DNA from: Prasinococcaceae sp. CCMP 1430
Lineage: Eukaryota > Plantae > Prasinodermophyta
Reading direction: 5' to 3'
Assembly (NCBI GenBank): GCA_013416795.1
Contig: RQSC01000028.1
Coordinates: 219,365-283,364, forward strand
Length of the DNA stretch: 64,000 nt
The notes below the pieces were generated by a model. That model did not search any database. It was given only the letters and a program-made list of their open reading frames with translations, and was not told the DNA's origin. Below, piece after piece: positions 23,190 to 33,519 of this stretch. Made by a program: the position numbers and the translations under genes. Positions within the stretch are counted from its first letter, which is position 1. Every line of letters starts with the position of its first letter.

Positions 23190-24485
23190 CTACCCCCTCT
23201 CGATGGGCGCCGCGTAGGCCTCTTTTGCCGTGCATATCAGTAGCTCGTCGGTGGCGATGGCACCCGGGCGCATGCGCACGGCGTGGGTCGCGGGCGGGCG
23301 CTCGTCCCCCTCGCCGGCTGCTGCGTTCTCGCTGGGCGCAGGGGCAACGCAGCCATCCCACGCGAGCACGTCGCCCGTCTCATACTCGATGATGCGCACA
23401 TCGGCGCCTCCGGTCGCGATCACACCGTCCCTGCCGAGAGCGCTGGCGTCGAGCGAGTACAGGCGCGCGCCCGCGTGCGTAAGGGTGCGCGTGGCAAGAC
23501 CCCTCCGCAGGTCCCACTCCTGCAACGCCGCTTGCTCCCTCCAGCTGCCGACGATAATGGCGTGCTCACCCCGTGACCCGTCGAGCGCCTGGCCACACAC
23601 CTGCACCCCGTGCACCGACGCTACGGCACCGCCTGCGCGCGCGTCCCACAGCACCGCGCGGCCGTCCCAGCCGGCGGTGACGCACACCGCGTCGCCGTCG
23701 CCTACAAACGCCACTGCAAATGCGCGATTGGAGTGACCAGCCTGCTGCGAGTCCGCGCCGACGTGCAGCCGCGAGCGAAGCACGAAGCGCTCGGCGTCGT
23801 ACAGCCGCAGCGCCCCGTCGGTTCCCACGCTCGCAAATGCGGCGCGCCCGCTCAGGCGCGCGAATGCGAGCGCCGAGGGGGACGAGCCCTCCTCGCGAAG
23901 CGGCTCGGCCTGCTGCTGTGCCGCAGCGCGCGAGGTCGTGTGCCAACAATGCAGCTCTCCCGCCGAGTTGCCCACGACGCACACGCTGCGCCCCGGCACG
24001 AAAGCGAGAGCGGTCGCAGCCGTCCCTGCCGGCGCGCCAGCACTGCTGAAGGTGGACACGGCGGCGCCAGACGAGGCGTTGAACGCCAGCGCGGACCCGT
24101 CACGGCACGCCACCGCAACGATCCCTCCGTCGGGGCTGTACTCCCCGGCGAGCGGCTCAGCGCCGCCGAGGTCAAATGCAATGCGTCGCTTGAGCTCATA
24201 CGCGCCTGCGGGCGCGCGCCGCTCTGCGCTCGTGCTGCCCTGCGCCACCTTGGCCCCCACACCGCTCGCAGCTGCGCGCGCCCTCTCGGCGTCCATCTCT
24301 GGCGCCAGGGCCGCGCGCTCCTTGGAACTCAGCGGTCGCGACCTCTGCAGCCACTCGTGACGCGCCGCGCGCTCCTCTTCATCGCTGCTCTCGTACGGTG
24401 TGTCCGAGTCGTCGTCCGCGTCGCTCCCTGAGGGCGCCGCCGGCCGTGCGGCCCCGCGCACGTCCCCGCCGGGCGGCGCGCGCCC
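23190..24485 (-). CDS. WD40-repeat protein; 5' exon possibly 24775-24661 beyond the N gap
   Basis: GHSNRAFAVAF..TAGWDGRAVLWDAR, SVGTDGALRLYD and LQEWDLR. Confidence 0.82.
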   Translation of the reverse strand, partial: GRAPPGGDVRGAARPAAPSGSDADDDSDTPYESSDEEERAARHEWLQRSRPLSSKERAALAPEMDAERARAAASGVGAKVAQGSTSAERRAPAGAYELKRRIAFDLGGAEPLAGEYSPDGGIVAVACRDGSALAFNASSGAAVSTFSSAGAPAGTAATALAFVPGRSVCVVGNSAGELHCWHTTSRAAAQQQAEPLREEGSSPSALAFARLSGRAAFASVGTDGALRLYDAERFVLRSRLHVGADSQQAGHSNRAFAVAFVGDGDAVCVTAGWDGRAVLWDARAGGAVASVHGVQVCGQALDGSRGEHAIIVGSWREQAALQEWDLRRGLATRTLTHAGARLYSLDASALGRDGVIATGGADVRIIEYETGDVLAWDGCVAPAPSENAAAGEGDERPPATHAVRMRPGAIATDELLICTAKEAYAAPIERG

Positions 24486-24587
24486 NNNNNNNNNNNNNNN
24501 NNNNNNNNNNNNNNNNNNNNNNNNNNNNNNNNNNNNNNNNNNNNNNNNNNNNNNNNNNNNNNNNNNNNNNNNNNNNNNNNNNNNNNN

Positions 24588-24615
24588 CACACACACACAC
24601 ACACACACACACAAG

Positions 24616-24660
<45 letters not shown>
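24588..24660. repeat. (CA)n/(TG)n microsatellite, probably intronic
   Basis: Seen directly; on the minus strand it begins CAG|GTGTGT at 24660. Confidence 0.95.
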
Positions 24661-24662
<2 letters not shown>

Positions 24663-25176
24663 GTGCACGGTGCGCGCTGCGCGCGCGCGCGGCGGCTTTG
24701 CCCAGCGCGATCGCGATCCCTCGGCGGCCCCGCGCTTCGCGGGCGGCTTCCGTAAAGCGCGCTGCCCGCGGGCATGCCGAAATCGACGGTTCGGGCCCGG
24801 TTGCGCGCGCGGCGGCGGCAGCGGCGCGCGCGCGCGAGGGAGTGGGGTGACGGCACGTCGACGCCCACTGGGCCAAAAAAAAGAAAAAGAAAAAGAAAAA
24901 GAAAAAGCCGTGGCGGAAGCGCCGACCGATGGTGGTTGATGGCTGATTTTTTATTTTTATTTTGATTTTTATTTTGATTTTGATTGTACAGTACGTAGAT
25001 CAGTTCGAAAGCTTTTTTTTTAAGTTTCCTCGCGGCAGAGGGGCGGGGGGTGCGGCAGCGCCTGCTGTCCCAAACCTAAAAAACGCCGCCGCGCGGCGCC
25101 CGGCAGTGGGCGGGGGCGGGGGCGGTGGGTGCGCCAGAGGGCGCGCGGCGGCGCGCGGCGGCGGCCGCGGCGCGCC

Positions 25177-25506
25177 ATGGCGGAGGTGCGCGCGTTCTAC
25201 CGCGAGGTCGCGAGGTCGCTCCCCGCGCTCGTGCACAAGTTCTGGCTCAACGACTTCGTGTCGGTGCCGACGCTGCGCACGACGGTGTGCGGGCTGTTCA
25301 AGCAGCACAAGGACGTCAAGGACCCGGAGCTTGTCAAGCTGCTCATGCACAAGGGCAAGCTCGAGTTCAACATGATTAAGAAGCGGCACAAGCAGAGGCA
25401 CCACCTCCTCAGGGACTATGTGCACAACGTGCGCACGGAGACCGTCGAGAAGGTGCCCACCGACAAGTCGGCGTTCCTCAATGCGTTCAACGCGAACAAG
25501 CTCTGA
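25177..25506 (+). CDS. NDUFA6: Complex I subunit NDUFA6/B14 (LYR family)
   Basis: VRAFYREVARSLP...FKQHKDVKDPELVKLLMHKG...KQRHHLL...SAFLNAF. Confidence 0.88.
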   Translation: MAEVRAFYREVARSLPALVHKFWLNDFVSVPTLRTTVCGLFKQHKDVKDPELVKLLMHKGKLEFNMIKKRHKQRHHLLRDYVHNVRTETVEKVPTDKSAFLNAFNANKL

Positions 25507-25574
25507 GCGGCGGCGAGGGCTGCGCGCGCGCCGGGTGGCCGCGCCGCCGCCGGGGGCACGGACGCTGCCGCTGT

Positions 25575-27292
25575 ATGGTCGCGCGATGGTATCCATACAT
25601 TTTCGCCGCCACGCGGTGGTTCAGCCGGCAGCGCGTCGACCACTTCAGCGCCGGCGCCGGCGAGTGGCGGCAGCGCTACTACGCCGACGGTGCGCACTTC
25701 CGGCCCGGAGGGCCGATCTTCCTCGTGTTCGGAGGCGAGATGGCGATCACGTCAGTCCGCGCTTGCGCACATGCAACACATCCAAGCGCTGGCGCCCATG
25801 CCCGCGTCCCCACGCGCACGCCGGGCGAGCGTTCGAGTGGCACGAGCTGTGTGCTGACACGTGTGCGCCGCTGCGTAGCCCTGAGGTGGGCCTCTACTAC
25901 CCGTCCATCTCAGCACTGGCGAGGCGCTTCGGTGGGATCGTTGTGCAGCCTGAGCACCGCTTCTACGGCGAAAGCCTGCCGCTCGGCGCACCGTACTCTG
26001 CGTCGGGTGCCGATCTCGCGCTGCTCACCCCGCAGCAGGCGGTTGCGGACGGCGCAGCGCTCGCGACCCACATGCGGCGGATGCACAACTGCACCGGTAC
26101 TGCTGGAGAGCCGCGTTGCCCCGTCGTCTCCGTGGGCGGGAGCTACCCGGGCGTGCTGTCGTTCGCGGCGAGGCTGCGCTATCCTGCGGTCTTCGACGCG
26201 TCATATGCGGCCTCCGCTCCGCTGCGCTTCTTCTCGCAGGAAGTCGATCAGTATGCATTCTACGACCACGTCACGCGCGTCGCGGATGCAGCCTCGCCCG
26301 GGTGTGCGGATTACGTGAAGCGCACACTCGAAGCCACGCTCGCCGAGGGCGCCGCTGGCGACGAGGAGGACATAGTCGCGAAGCTCGGCCTCTGCGAGCC
26401 GCTGCCGGCATACATGCGCGGCTCGGCAGATACACTCCGCCGCGAGCTGCACATGGTCGTGATGTACACCTTCGCCTCGCTTGACATGGGGAACTATCCG
26501 CCGCCGACGGTCACAAAACCCACGGGGCTCACTTCGGCGTGCGCTTCGATCGGAGAGCGCATGAGGGCGGGGGACGCGTGGGGCGCACTGCGAGAGCTGC
26601 TTGGTGGCTACGCCATCGGTGGAGCGAATGCGCGTACGAAGCGGGGCAGCGCTGCCGAAGCTTCGCCTTCCCCGGGGCCAGCCACACCTAGGCGCGCTAC
26701 TTTGCTGTCACGCCTCGAGAGACCCGCTCGGGGAGTCGGCGTGAGCGACGCAGCGAGGTGCTTCAATCTCAGCGCGCAGCTCCCAGCGGGTCGCGACCCG
26801 ACCATTTCCTCCGGGGATTGGACCGGCGTCGGCAGCGGCCAGGACGGCGCGAATTGGGACTTCCAGACGTGTACCCTGATGGTCGACCCCGCGGGTACAA
26901 GTCCTGCAAGCATGTTCCTCCCGCGTGCGTGGTCGCTTGACTGGCTCAAGTCCCACTGCACGAGCCGCTTCGGCGCAGGCACAGTCCCCCAACCGACCGC
27001 GCTCGTGGACGCATGGGGACTCGGCAGTGCACAGCTCAAGCAGCTCGCGCGAAGCGGTGTGCTTACAAATGTCATCTTCACCAACGGCGCCATCGACGGC
27101 TGGAGCGTGGGAGGCGTGAGCACAAACCTGAGCGACACCGTAGTGTCGTTCGTCATGCCGACAGGCGCACACCATAGCGACCTCTCACACACCGGCGGCG
27201 AGAACGACACGGCCGACGTTCTCGCGACGCGCGCGAGCGTGGCGTTCCTCCTTCGCACATGGCTCGGGCTAGCGGAGGCCACGCATGCGTGA
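25575..27292 (+). CDS. Peptidase S28 (Pro-X carboxypeptidase/DPP-II-like); exons 25575-25750, 25879-27292
   Basis: QRVDHF..WRQRYY..GGPIF, EHRFYGES, QAVAD, GGSYPG (catalytic Ser), WDFQTCT, NVIFTNGAIDGW and GAHHSDL. Confidence 0.92.
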
Positions 27293-27347
27293 AGCAAGTA
27301 ATCCGTTCAAACGCTGCACGGCTCGGGCGCGGTGAGTGCCGTTGACA

Positions 27348-29194
27348 TCATGCTTCCGCGTCTATCACGGTGTGCGCACGTGTTGCGTGATAGTTGCGCG
27401 CCACCAGCTCGGCGAGCCACAGCAAGGCCTCCTCGGTCGCGTGCGGTAGCACGACCACGTGGGCCTCATCGTCCACCGTGGCGAGCTGAAAGAGTTCGAC
27501 AGTGCGCTCGCTCGGCCTGGGGAACACGATGATGAGGGAGTCAGGCTGCCGAGCGTGCGGAACGCGGGACTTGCCGAGCGCCGCCTCGAAAATTTCGCAC
27601 AGGCCCACGCAACGGGCGTACTCGTCGCCCCATTCCAACTGACGCATGCGTGCTTGCCACAAGGGGGCTATGAGCCCATCCCTGCAACCAGAGATCATCC
27701 TGTCCGTGATTTGGAGGTACGGCACGTACGCGCCGCTCTCTGCCTGTGCGCTGCACGCGGCGGCGGAGAGGAGAACAACGCCGCCGACAACCCCGCCCCA
27801 CCACTTGTGCGCGCTGATGGAGATCGAGTCGAAGTCCTCGCCGAGTACATACTTTGGCGCGTGCTCGTCGAGCGGCCAGTAGCCGCCCGCGAGCGCAGCA
27901 TCGACGTGGATATGCACGTGCTCTCGCTTGATGCCCACGGCGTGTAGGACCCGCAGCACGCCGCGCACGTCGTCGCTCGCACCTCGAAACGTGGTGCCCA
28001 GCGTGCACACGACCACGAACCGCGAGATGTCCATGCTGCGCCGCGCGACTCCGACGACTTGCTCAAGCGAACGCATGTCCATTGCACCGTTCTCGTCGGC
28101 TTCTACCGAGGCACGCAGCCGTGCGCCTAGCATGTTAGCCGCCTTTGGTACGCAGTAGTGCGCCTCCTCTGACCACAACATCAGCGTGAGCTGGCCATCA
28201 GTGCTGTCCAAGCCAAAGCGGCGCAGGCCGGCCAGGACACCACGCATGACGCCCTCCGTGCCGCCAGTGGTCAGGTGCCCCCACCAGTCGCCCTCTGGTC
28301 CGCGCGTGCCGCGCTCCGTCCATGTCGAATGTGTGTGCGGCCCTGAAGCCTTCGCTGCTCCGTCGTTGGCGGCCGCAGCGCATTGCGTCCCCGGCGCTGC
28401 GCTGCTCGCTGGCGCGCCCTCGAGCAGCACGCGCGGCGCGGCCGGAGCGTGCTGCGCAGGGGCGGTCGTCGCGTCACAGCTCATCGATGTGTCCGCGCGC
28501 GGCTTCTTCTTGGTCGGTGACAGGCTCAGCGCTAGCACTGGCACGCTGCCTTCGTCGCAATCTTCCGTGGTTGGCGGCGCATTGTGCGCGCTGGCTTGCA
28601 TGTGCTCCGCCCTGAGCCTCTTCGTTGAGCGCTGCGGAGGAGGGGGGACTGGAAACTCGCTGGGGCAACCGTCCTCGACGCCAGTGCTCCCACCTGCCGC
28701 ACCGCCCTCTTCGCCGTGCTGGCCTCTCGCGGGCACCTTCCCGCCCGCAGCGCCCGCGTCGGCGGCGATCCGCGCATTCTGCGCGCCGGCGGAGCTACTA
28801 CCATCCATTTTCTCCCTGTCGTCTTTCGAGAGCCACGGCCTGGCGAGCTCCTGGACAAGCGCGTGCTCCGTCTCGAGCGTGTGCAGACGGTACGCGCCCA
28901 TCTTGTGCTTGTCGCTCGAGAAGGGATCGCCGCACGTCGTGAGGCGGACATGCGGCGCGAGTCGCGCGCGCGCGGCGCTCAGCGCGCCAAGCGCGTGAAG
29001 ATTCGTCGGATAGCCCAGCATCGGCGGCGCGCCGCCGAGCTCGTCCGAGTACGCGGCCTCGAAGCGCGCCAGGCACCTCTCGAAGGCGGCGGGCGGGGCT
29101 GCGGGCACCGCGCGCCACGCCGCTGCCGCGCGCCGCTGCTCGTCCGCCGCGGGTTCCACGCCCCCGTCGCCGCGCGCCGTCGTGAGTGTGTCCG
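27348..29194 (-). CDS. Group II PLP-dependent decarboxylase (histidine/serine decarboxylase-like); 5' end lost at N29195
   Basis: LGYPTN, CGDPF, WGHLTTGGTEG, EEAHYCVPKAA, LGTTFRGASDD, HIHVDAAL and SISISAHK (PLP Lys ~27804-27806). Confidence 0.88.
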
Positions 29195-29195
29195 N

Positions 29196-29630
29196 GACCG
29201 CTACTTCGCAGGCAAGGGCCTGCCCAAGCTCGAGTACCGCTCGCTCAAGTTCGAGTGCGAGTATCACGAGCCCGAGGGCGGCTACTACCAGGAGGCGCTG
29301 CAGGTGAACTATCCCGAGATGAAGTGCAAGGGCGAGGACGTCACCTACACGCGCATCACTGAGTACAAGCACAAGCCCAACCAGCCGGCGGGCGTGCACT
29401 CCAAGCCCGGTACTGTCATCTACAAGGAGTGGTCGTGCGACGACGGCGATCCGTACTACCCGGTGCCCAATCCTGCCAACCGCGAGCTGTACGAGAAGTA
29501 CAAGGCCATGGCCGACGAGGAGAAGGGCGTGTGCTTCGTTGGCCGCCTCGCGAGCTACAAGTACTTCAACATGGACCAGGCCATCCTCAACGCGCTCGAG
29601 ATGTTCGACAACCTCAAGGAGACGGGCAAG
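29196..29630 (+). CDS. glf: UDP-galactopyranose mutase (Glf, bacterial-type), C-terminal fragment
   Basis: LEYRSLKF, VNYP, YTRITEYKH, GDPYYPVP and FVGRLASYKYFNMDQAILNAL match the Glf C-terminus. It starts at gap N29195. Confidence 0.9.
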
Positions 29631-29817
29631 CGGACGGCGCGCGCGCGCGCGCGTGGCCGTGAGGGGGGCGCGCGCGCCGGGGAGAGCGCGCCGGTGCTGA
29701 GGCGATCGAGCGGTGCCGACGGGGCCACCAAACAAAAACGACAAGAAAAAAAGGCGAGCGTGCGCGAGCTGACGCGCGCGCGCGCGACGCGCCCCCTTCC
29801 CGCGCGCCCGCGCGCAG

Positions 29818-31082
29818 AAGGAGCTGCCGCCGGTGGAGCAGAAGCCGGGAATCACACAGACCGAGGACATCCTCAACTCCATCCTCCCGCCGAGGTGCGA
29901 AGCGCGCGCTGAGTCGGGGTTGGATGGGGGGACGAGAGAGGGCGCGCGCGCGCGCGCCCGAACGAACTTTTCCCAAGCGCGCACGACAGGAGGGAGCATG
30001 GCCGCTGCGCTGGCAGGCGCGGGCGCGCCAGGCGGCTTTGGAGCCGCAGTGGGTGGTCTCAGGCCTCATCTCAGTGCCGAGATGTCCATGGCGCGCGTCA
30101 TCGCGTGCAGGAGGGGAACGTGGTGCCCCGGGGCACACAAAGGCGAGGCGAGGCATTTGCTGCCGCCAATCCCCCCCCACCCCACCCCTACATCCGTCCT
30201 GCCCACGGCGCTTGCGCATGCCGCGCGCGCGCTGTGCACGGTGCACAACGCAGCGCCTTGGCCGACGCCGTGAGCAGCGAGGGGCTCGCTCGCCTGTCCG
30301 TTCGTTGCGACGTCGTGCAACGCCCTGAGCTGCGCTCCGAGCCGCGCTTGGCGCCGCGCTGCGCTCGCGCCGCTGGCTGCGCTGCAGGGGTGCTCGGCGC
30401 TGCTGCACCGTGTGGGGCCGACAGCGTCACGATACGTGAGCGAGTCCGCGTGGGCGCACGCGGCGGCGACAGCGAAAACTGACCCGCCGTCCGCCCACCT
30501 CCACATCGCTCGCTGCGCGCCACCCACAGGGAGTGGACTGAGGATGGCCAGCTGTGGGTGCAGTACGTGAGCTCGACTCCTGCGACGCGCCTGGACGTGA
30601 TCAACCTGCAGGAGAAGCTCGACGCGCAGTTGCAGCAGCGGCAGGCGCGCGAGACGGGCATCTGCCCGGTGCGTGAGGAGCTGTACGCACAGTGCTTCGA
30701 CGAGCTCATCCGCCAGGTGACGATCAACTGCGCCGAGCGCGGCCTACTGCTGCTGCGAGTGCGCGACGAGATGCGCATGACCATCGCCGCGTACCAGACA
30801 CTCTACGAGAGCTCGGTGGCGTTCGGCATGCGCAAGGCGCTACAGACCGAGCAGGGAAAAGCGGATATGGAGGCGCGCATCCAGCAGCTGGAGGCTGAGC
30901 AGAAGGAGCTCGAGCGACAGGTGGCCGAGTGGAAGGCCAAGTGCGAGGCCATCGAGAAGCGCGAGTCGGAGAGGCGCGCTATTGACGAGAAGAAGCACGG
31001 GGATGAGGTGCAGTATCTGACGCGCTCTAACAAGCAGCTCAAGCAGCAGCTCAACTCCTTTTTGGCGCCGGGCGGCAAGTGA
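29818..31082 (+). CDS. DNALI1: Axonemal inner-arm dynein light intermediate chain p28; exons 29818-29894, 30530-31082; first exon not found
   Basis: LPPVEQKPGITQTEDILNSILPPR|EWTEDGQLWVQYVSSTPATRLDV...RQARETGICPVREELY closely matches Chlamydomonas p28/IDA4 as I recall it. Confidence 0.95.
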
Positions 31083-31245
31083 GGGGGTGGGGACGCCCGC
31101 GCCCGCGCAGCGCGGAGCGCACCTTTGTATCAAATCGACTTACATCATACATGCACAACAGGGGTGGGGGCGCGCCCGCGCGGACGCTTTCAGCCACGCC
31201 CGCGCTCCGCACCGAGACCGCTCGTGCCAGGCAGCCGCGCGAGCT

Positions 31246-32118
31246 CTATTCTGCTCGCCGGCGCTTCCGCGCGCGGCCGACCGCGCGCAGAGCCAGAGAG
31301 CCTGGGGCCTCCGCGAGGGGCGCCAGCGTTTTGAGCGGGGCAGAGACGTGTCCGCGCCGCGCGGCGTCCGCGCAGGCATAGCGCCACGGCGCCTGGACGT
31401 CTTCAGCAGACGCGTAGCCGATCCCCACGCGCGGGCCGCACAACATGTCGCTGCGGGCCAGCGGCGTCGCCGTCAGCTCAAGCTGAAGCGCGTCGCCAAG
31501 CGCACCGCCGCCGACGTCCCCGGCCGCGGCGAGCAAATCCTGGCCCGAGTGCGCGACCTCGAGCGCGAGCGCCTGGCCCACCTTGCCCGGCCCGGCCAGG
31601 AGTCCCCTCGCCGCGGGCGTGGCTGCGGTGGGCCGTCCGGCCGAACGCCGCGCCACGACCACGTCATCGCCCTCGAGCACCTCGGCGGCCCGCACGAGCA
31701 CTGCGGCGCCGCGCCCGTGTGGTTCGGTGACCACGTTGAGCATCCTGTGCATCCCGTAGCATAAGTAGACGTACCCGTGTCCAGGCTCACCGAACATCGG
31801 CGCGTTGCGCGCAGTTCGGCCCATGCGCGCGTGGTTCGCCGTGTCCTCACGGCCGCCGAGTGCCGCAGCGCTCACGTAGGCCTCAGTCTCGGTGACGCGC
31901 AGCGCGACGGCCCCGCGACGCAGCGTCGCCCCCAGCAGCCTCTGCGCGGCCTCGCGCGTGTCGCCGGCGAGCGCCGCGTCGGCGGCGCCGCGCGCGCGCT
32001 GTGCCGCGCGCCGCCACGCCTGGCCCCAAGTGACGCACGCGCCGCAGCGCTGGCGAGATATACGTGAATGGATCAGGACCAATTGAATGTTACGATCCGA
32101 CCGGCTGGTAGTCGCCAT
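31246..32118 (-). CDS. MPG: 3-methyladenine DNA glycosylase (MPG/AAG, plant MAG type)
   Basis: RLLG..LRVTETEAY, YVYLCYGMH, GAAVLVRA, GPGKVGQAL and GPRVGIGYA..WRY. The only upstream in-frame ATG is 32118. Confidence 0.92.
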   Translation of the reverse strand: MATTSRSDRNIQLVLIHSRISRQRCGACVTWGQAWRRAAQRARGAADAALAGDTREAAQRLLGATLRRGAVALRVTETEAYVSAAALGGREDTANHARMGRTARNAPMFGEPGHGYVYLCYGMHRMLNVVTEPHGRGAAVLVRAAEVLEGDDVVVARRSAGRPTAATPAARGLLAGPGKVGQALALEVAHSGQDLLAAAGDVGGGALGDALQLELTATPLARSDMLCGPRVGIGYASAEDVQAPWRYACADAARRGHVSAPLKTLAPLAEAPGSLALRAVGRARKRRRAE

Positions 32119-33373
32119 ACGCGAACTTCACCTCGCGTCGCAGCGACACGAGCCGCATGAGGCGCATCGGGAGCAGGCGCGGAGACGGGCGGCCCATGTA
32201 GGCGTCCCTGGACCAGCGCTGAATGCGTGCAGCGCGCGACGCGCGCACGCGGGCGTACCGGGCAGCCGCCACCGCCGGTCCCGCGACGCCGGCCGCCTTG
32301 AGGCACTCCGCCAGGTCGGCAGCGTCCTCGAAGGCGACCATTGTGCCCTGCCCCTGAGAAGGGACCATAGGATGAGCGGCGTCGCCGAGCAGCACGACGG
32401 GGCCATCGTACCACTGGTCCTCCGAGAGTGGCTGCCTGTCTGCCAGGCGCCGCTCGAAGATTTCTGTCTCCTCGGTAGCGCCCAGCAGGGCCAGCGCGCC
32501 TTGAAAGGCTGAGAATTCTTCCTTGAGAGCGTCCACCCGGCCGGCGTGACCGAAGCCGCCGAATTCGCCTGAGCTCAGCGCCGCACGCACGGCCTCCGGT
32601 GCGTCGCTTTCGTCCAGAGTGAGGTACCACGAGGTGATCCCGCCTGCGCCGGAGTCGAAAGAAAGGATGGCCTTGCCATCCTTCCCACAGGTGACAAACT
32701 CGACCTCACCGGGGCGGTGGATGCCGGGGAGCTCGGTGCTGACGCCCTGCAAACGCTCGGTTGGGATGAGCGCGTTCCAAAGCAGTTGGCTGGTCGGCCG
32801 CGCGTCGTCACCGCCCTTCTCAACCTTGCCGCTGTTGGCGACCTGTGCGCGCAGCGCCGACCCCGCGCCGTCGGCCACCACCAACATAGTGCAGCGCACT
32901 TCGCGGTCGTCCTCGAGCATCAACCGTACGCTCTCCTCCCCCACGAGATCGAACCCAGTCTCGACCGCGTAGCCCGTGGCCTTGGCCCCGCAGTGCACGA
33001 CCTCATCGGGCAGCATCTTCGCCAGCGCTGCGTGCGCGTCATGCCATGGCACGTTGTACTGTGCGTGTCCATAGTCCTTCTCCATTTGGGCGGCGTCCGA
33101 TCCAATCGCGCGGCGCACGCCGCCGTCCTCGTCGCACACAGTGATGTTCTGGCGCGAGATTTTCGCGCCGGCCTCCCTGATGGCCGGTGGCAGCGCCTCG
33201 TCGCACGCCTCCAGGGCGCGCCAGCCATTGGCGGAGACCATGATGCCCGTCCCCGTGCCGCGCCGCAGCAGCGCCTCCGACGCCTCGAACACGTGCGCGT
33301 CGAAGCCGCGCGCGCGCAACGCGCACGCCGCGGCCAGGCCCGCGGGCCGCCGGCGCGTGGATCGGCGCAGCAA
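32090..33373 (-). CDS. FAD-dependent monooxygenase (salicylate hydroxylase / zeaxanthin-epoxidase-like); 5' end unresolved near N33396
   Basis: PAGLAAACAL..VFEA, LVVADGAGSALR (DG motif) and LLGDAAHPMVPSQGQG (GD motif). Confidence 0.88.
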   Translation of the reverse strand: MLRRSTRRRPAGLAAACALRARGFDAHVFEASEALLRRGTGTGIMVSANGWRALEACDEALPPAIREAGAKISRQNITVCDEDGGVRRAIGSDAAQMEKDYGHAQYNVPWHDAHAALAKMLPDEVVHCGAKATGYAVETGFDLVGEESVRLMLEDDREVRCTMLVVADGAGSALRAQVANSGKVEKGGDDARPTSQLLWNALIPTERLQGVSTELPGIHRPGEVEFVTCGKDGKAILSFDSGAGGITSWYLTLDESDAPEAVRAALSSGEFGGFGHAGRVDALKEEFSAFQGALALLGATEETEIFERRLADRQPLSEDQWYDGPVVLLGDAAHPMVPSQGQGTMVAFEDAADLAECLKAAGVAGPAVAAARYARVRASRAARIQRWSRDAYMGRPSPRLLPMRLMRLVSLRREVKFAYGDYQPVGS

Positions 33374-33519
33374 ACGGCAGCACCGGCCAGCAGCCNCCAG
33401 TTCCCGCCATGATGGCGAAAATTCGAGTCACGGCCCCACACAGCTTCACAGCCACTCGCGGCTCGCACTCCCATCCATGATGATGATGATGGCGGTGTGT
33501 CCACGTGTGTCCGATGGAT

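Noticed and set aside
27348-29999. ORF-track proteins 27348..29999(-) and 28716..29912(+) suggesting decarboxylase/UGM fusions
   Set aside because: Both run through the single N at 29195, which joins two unrelated genes on opposite strands.
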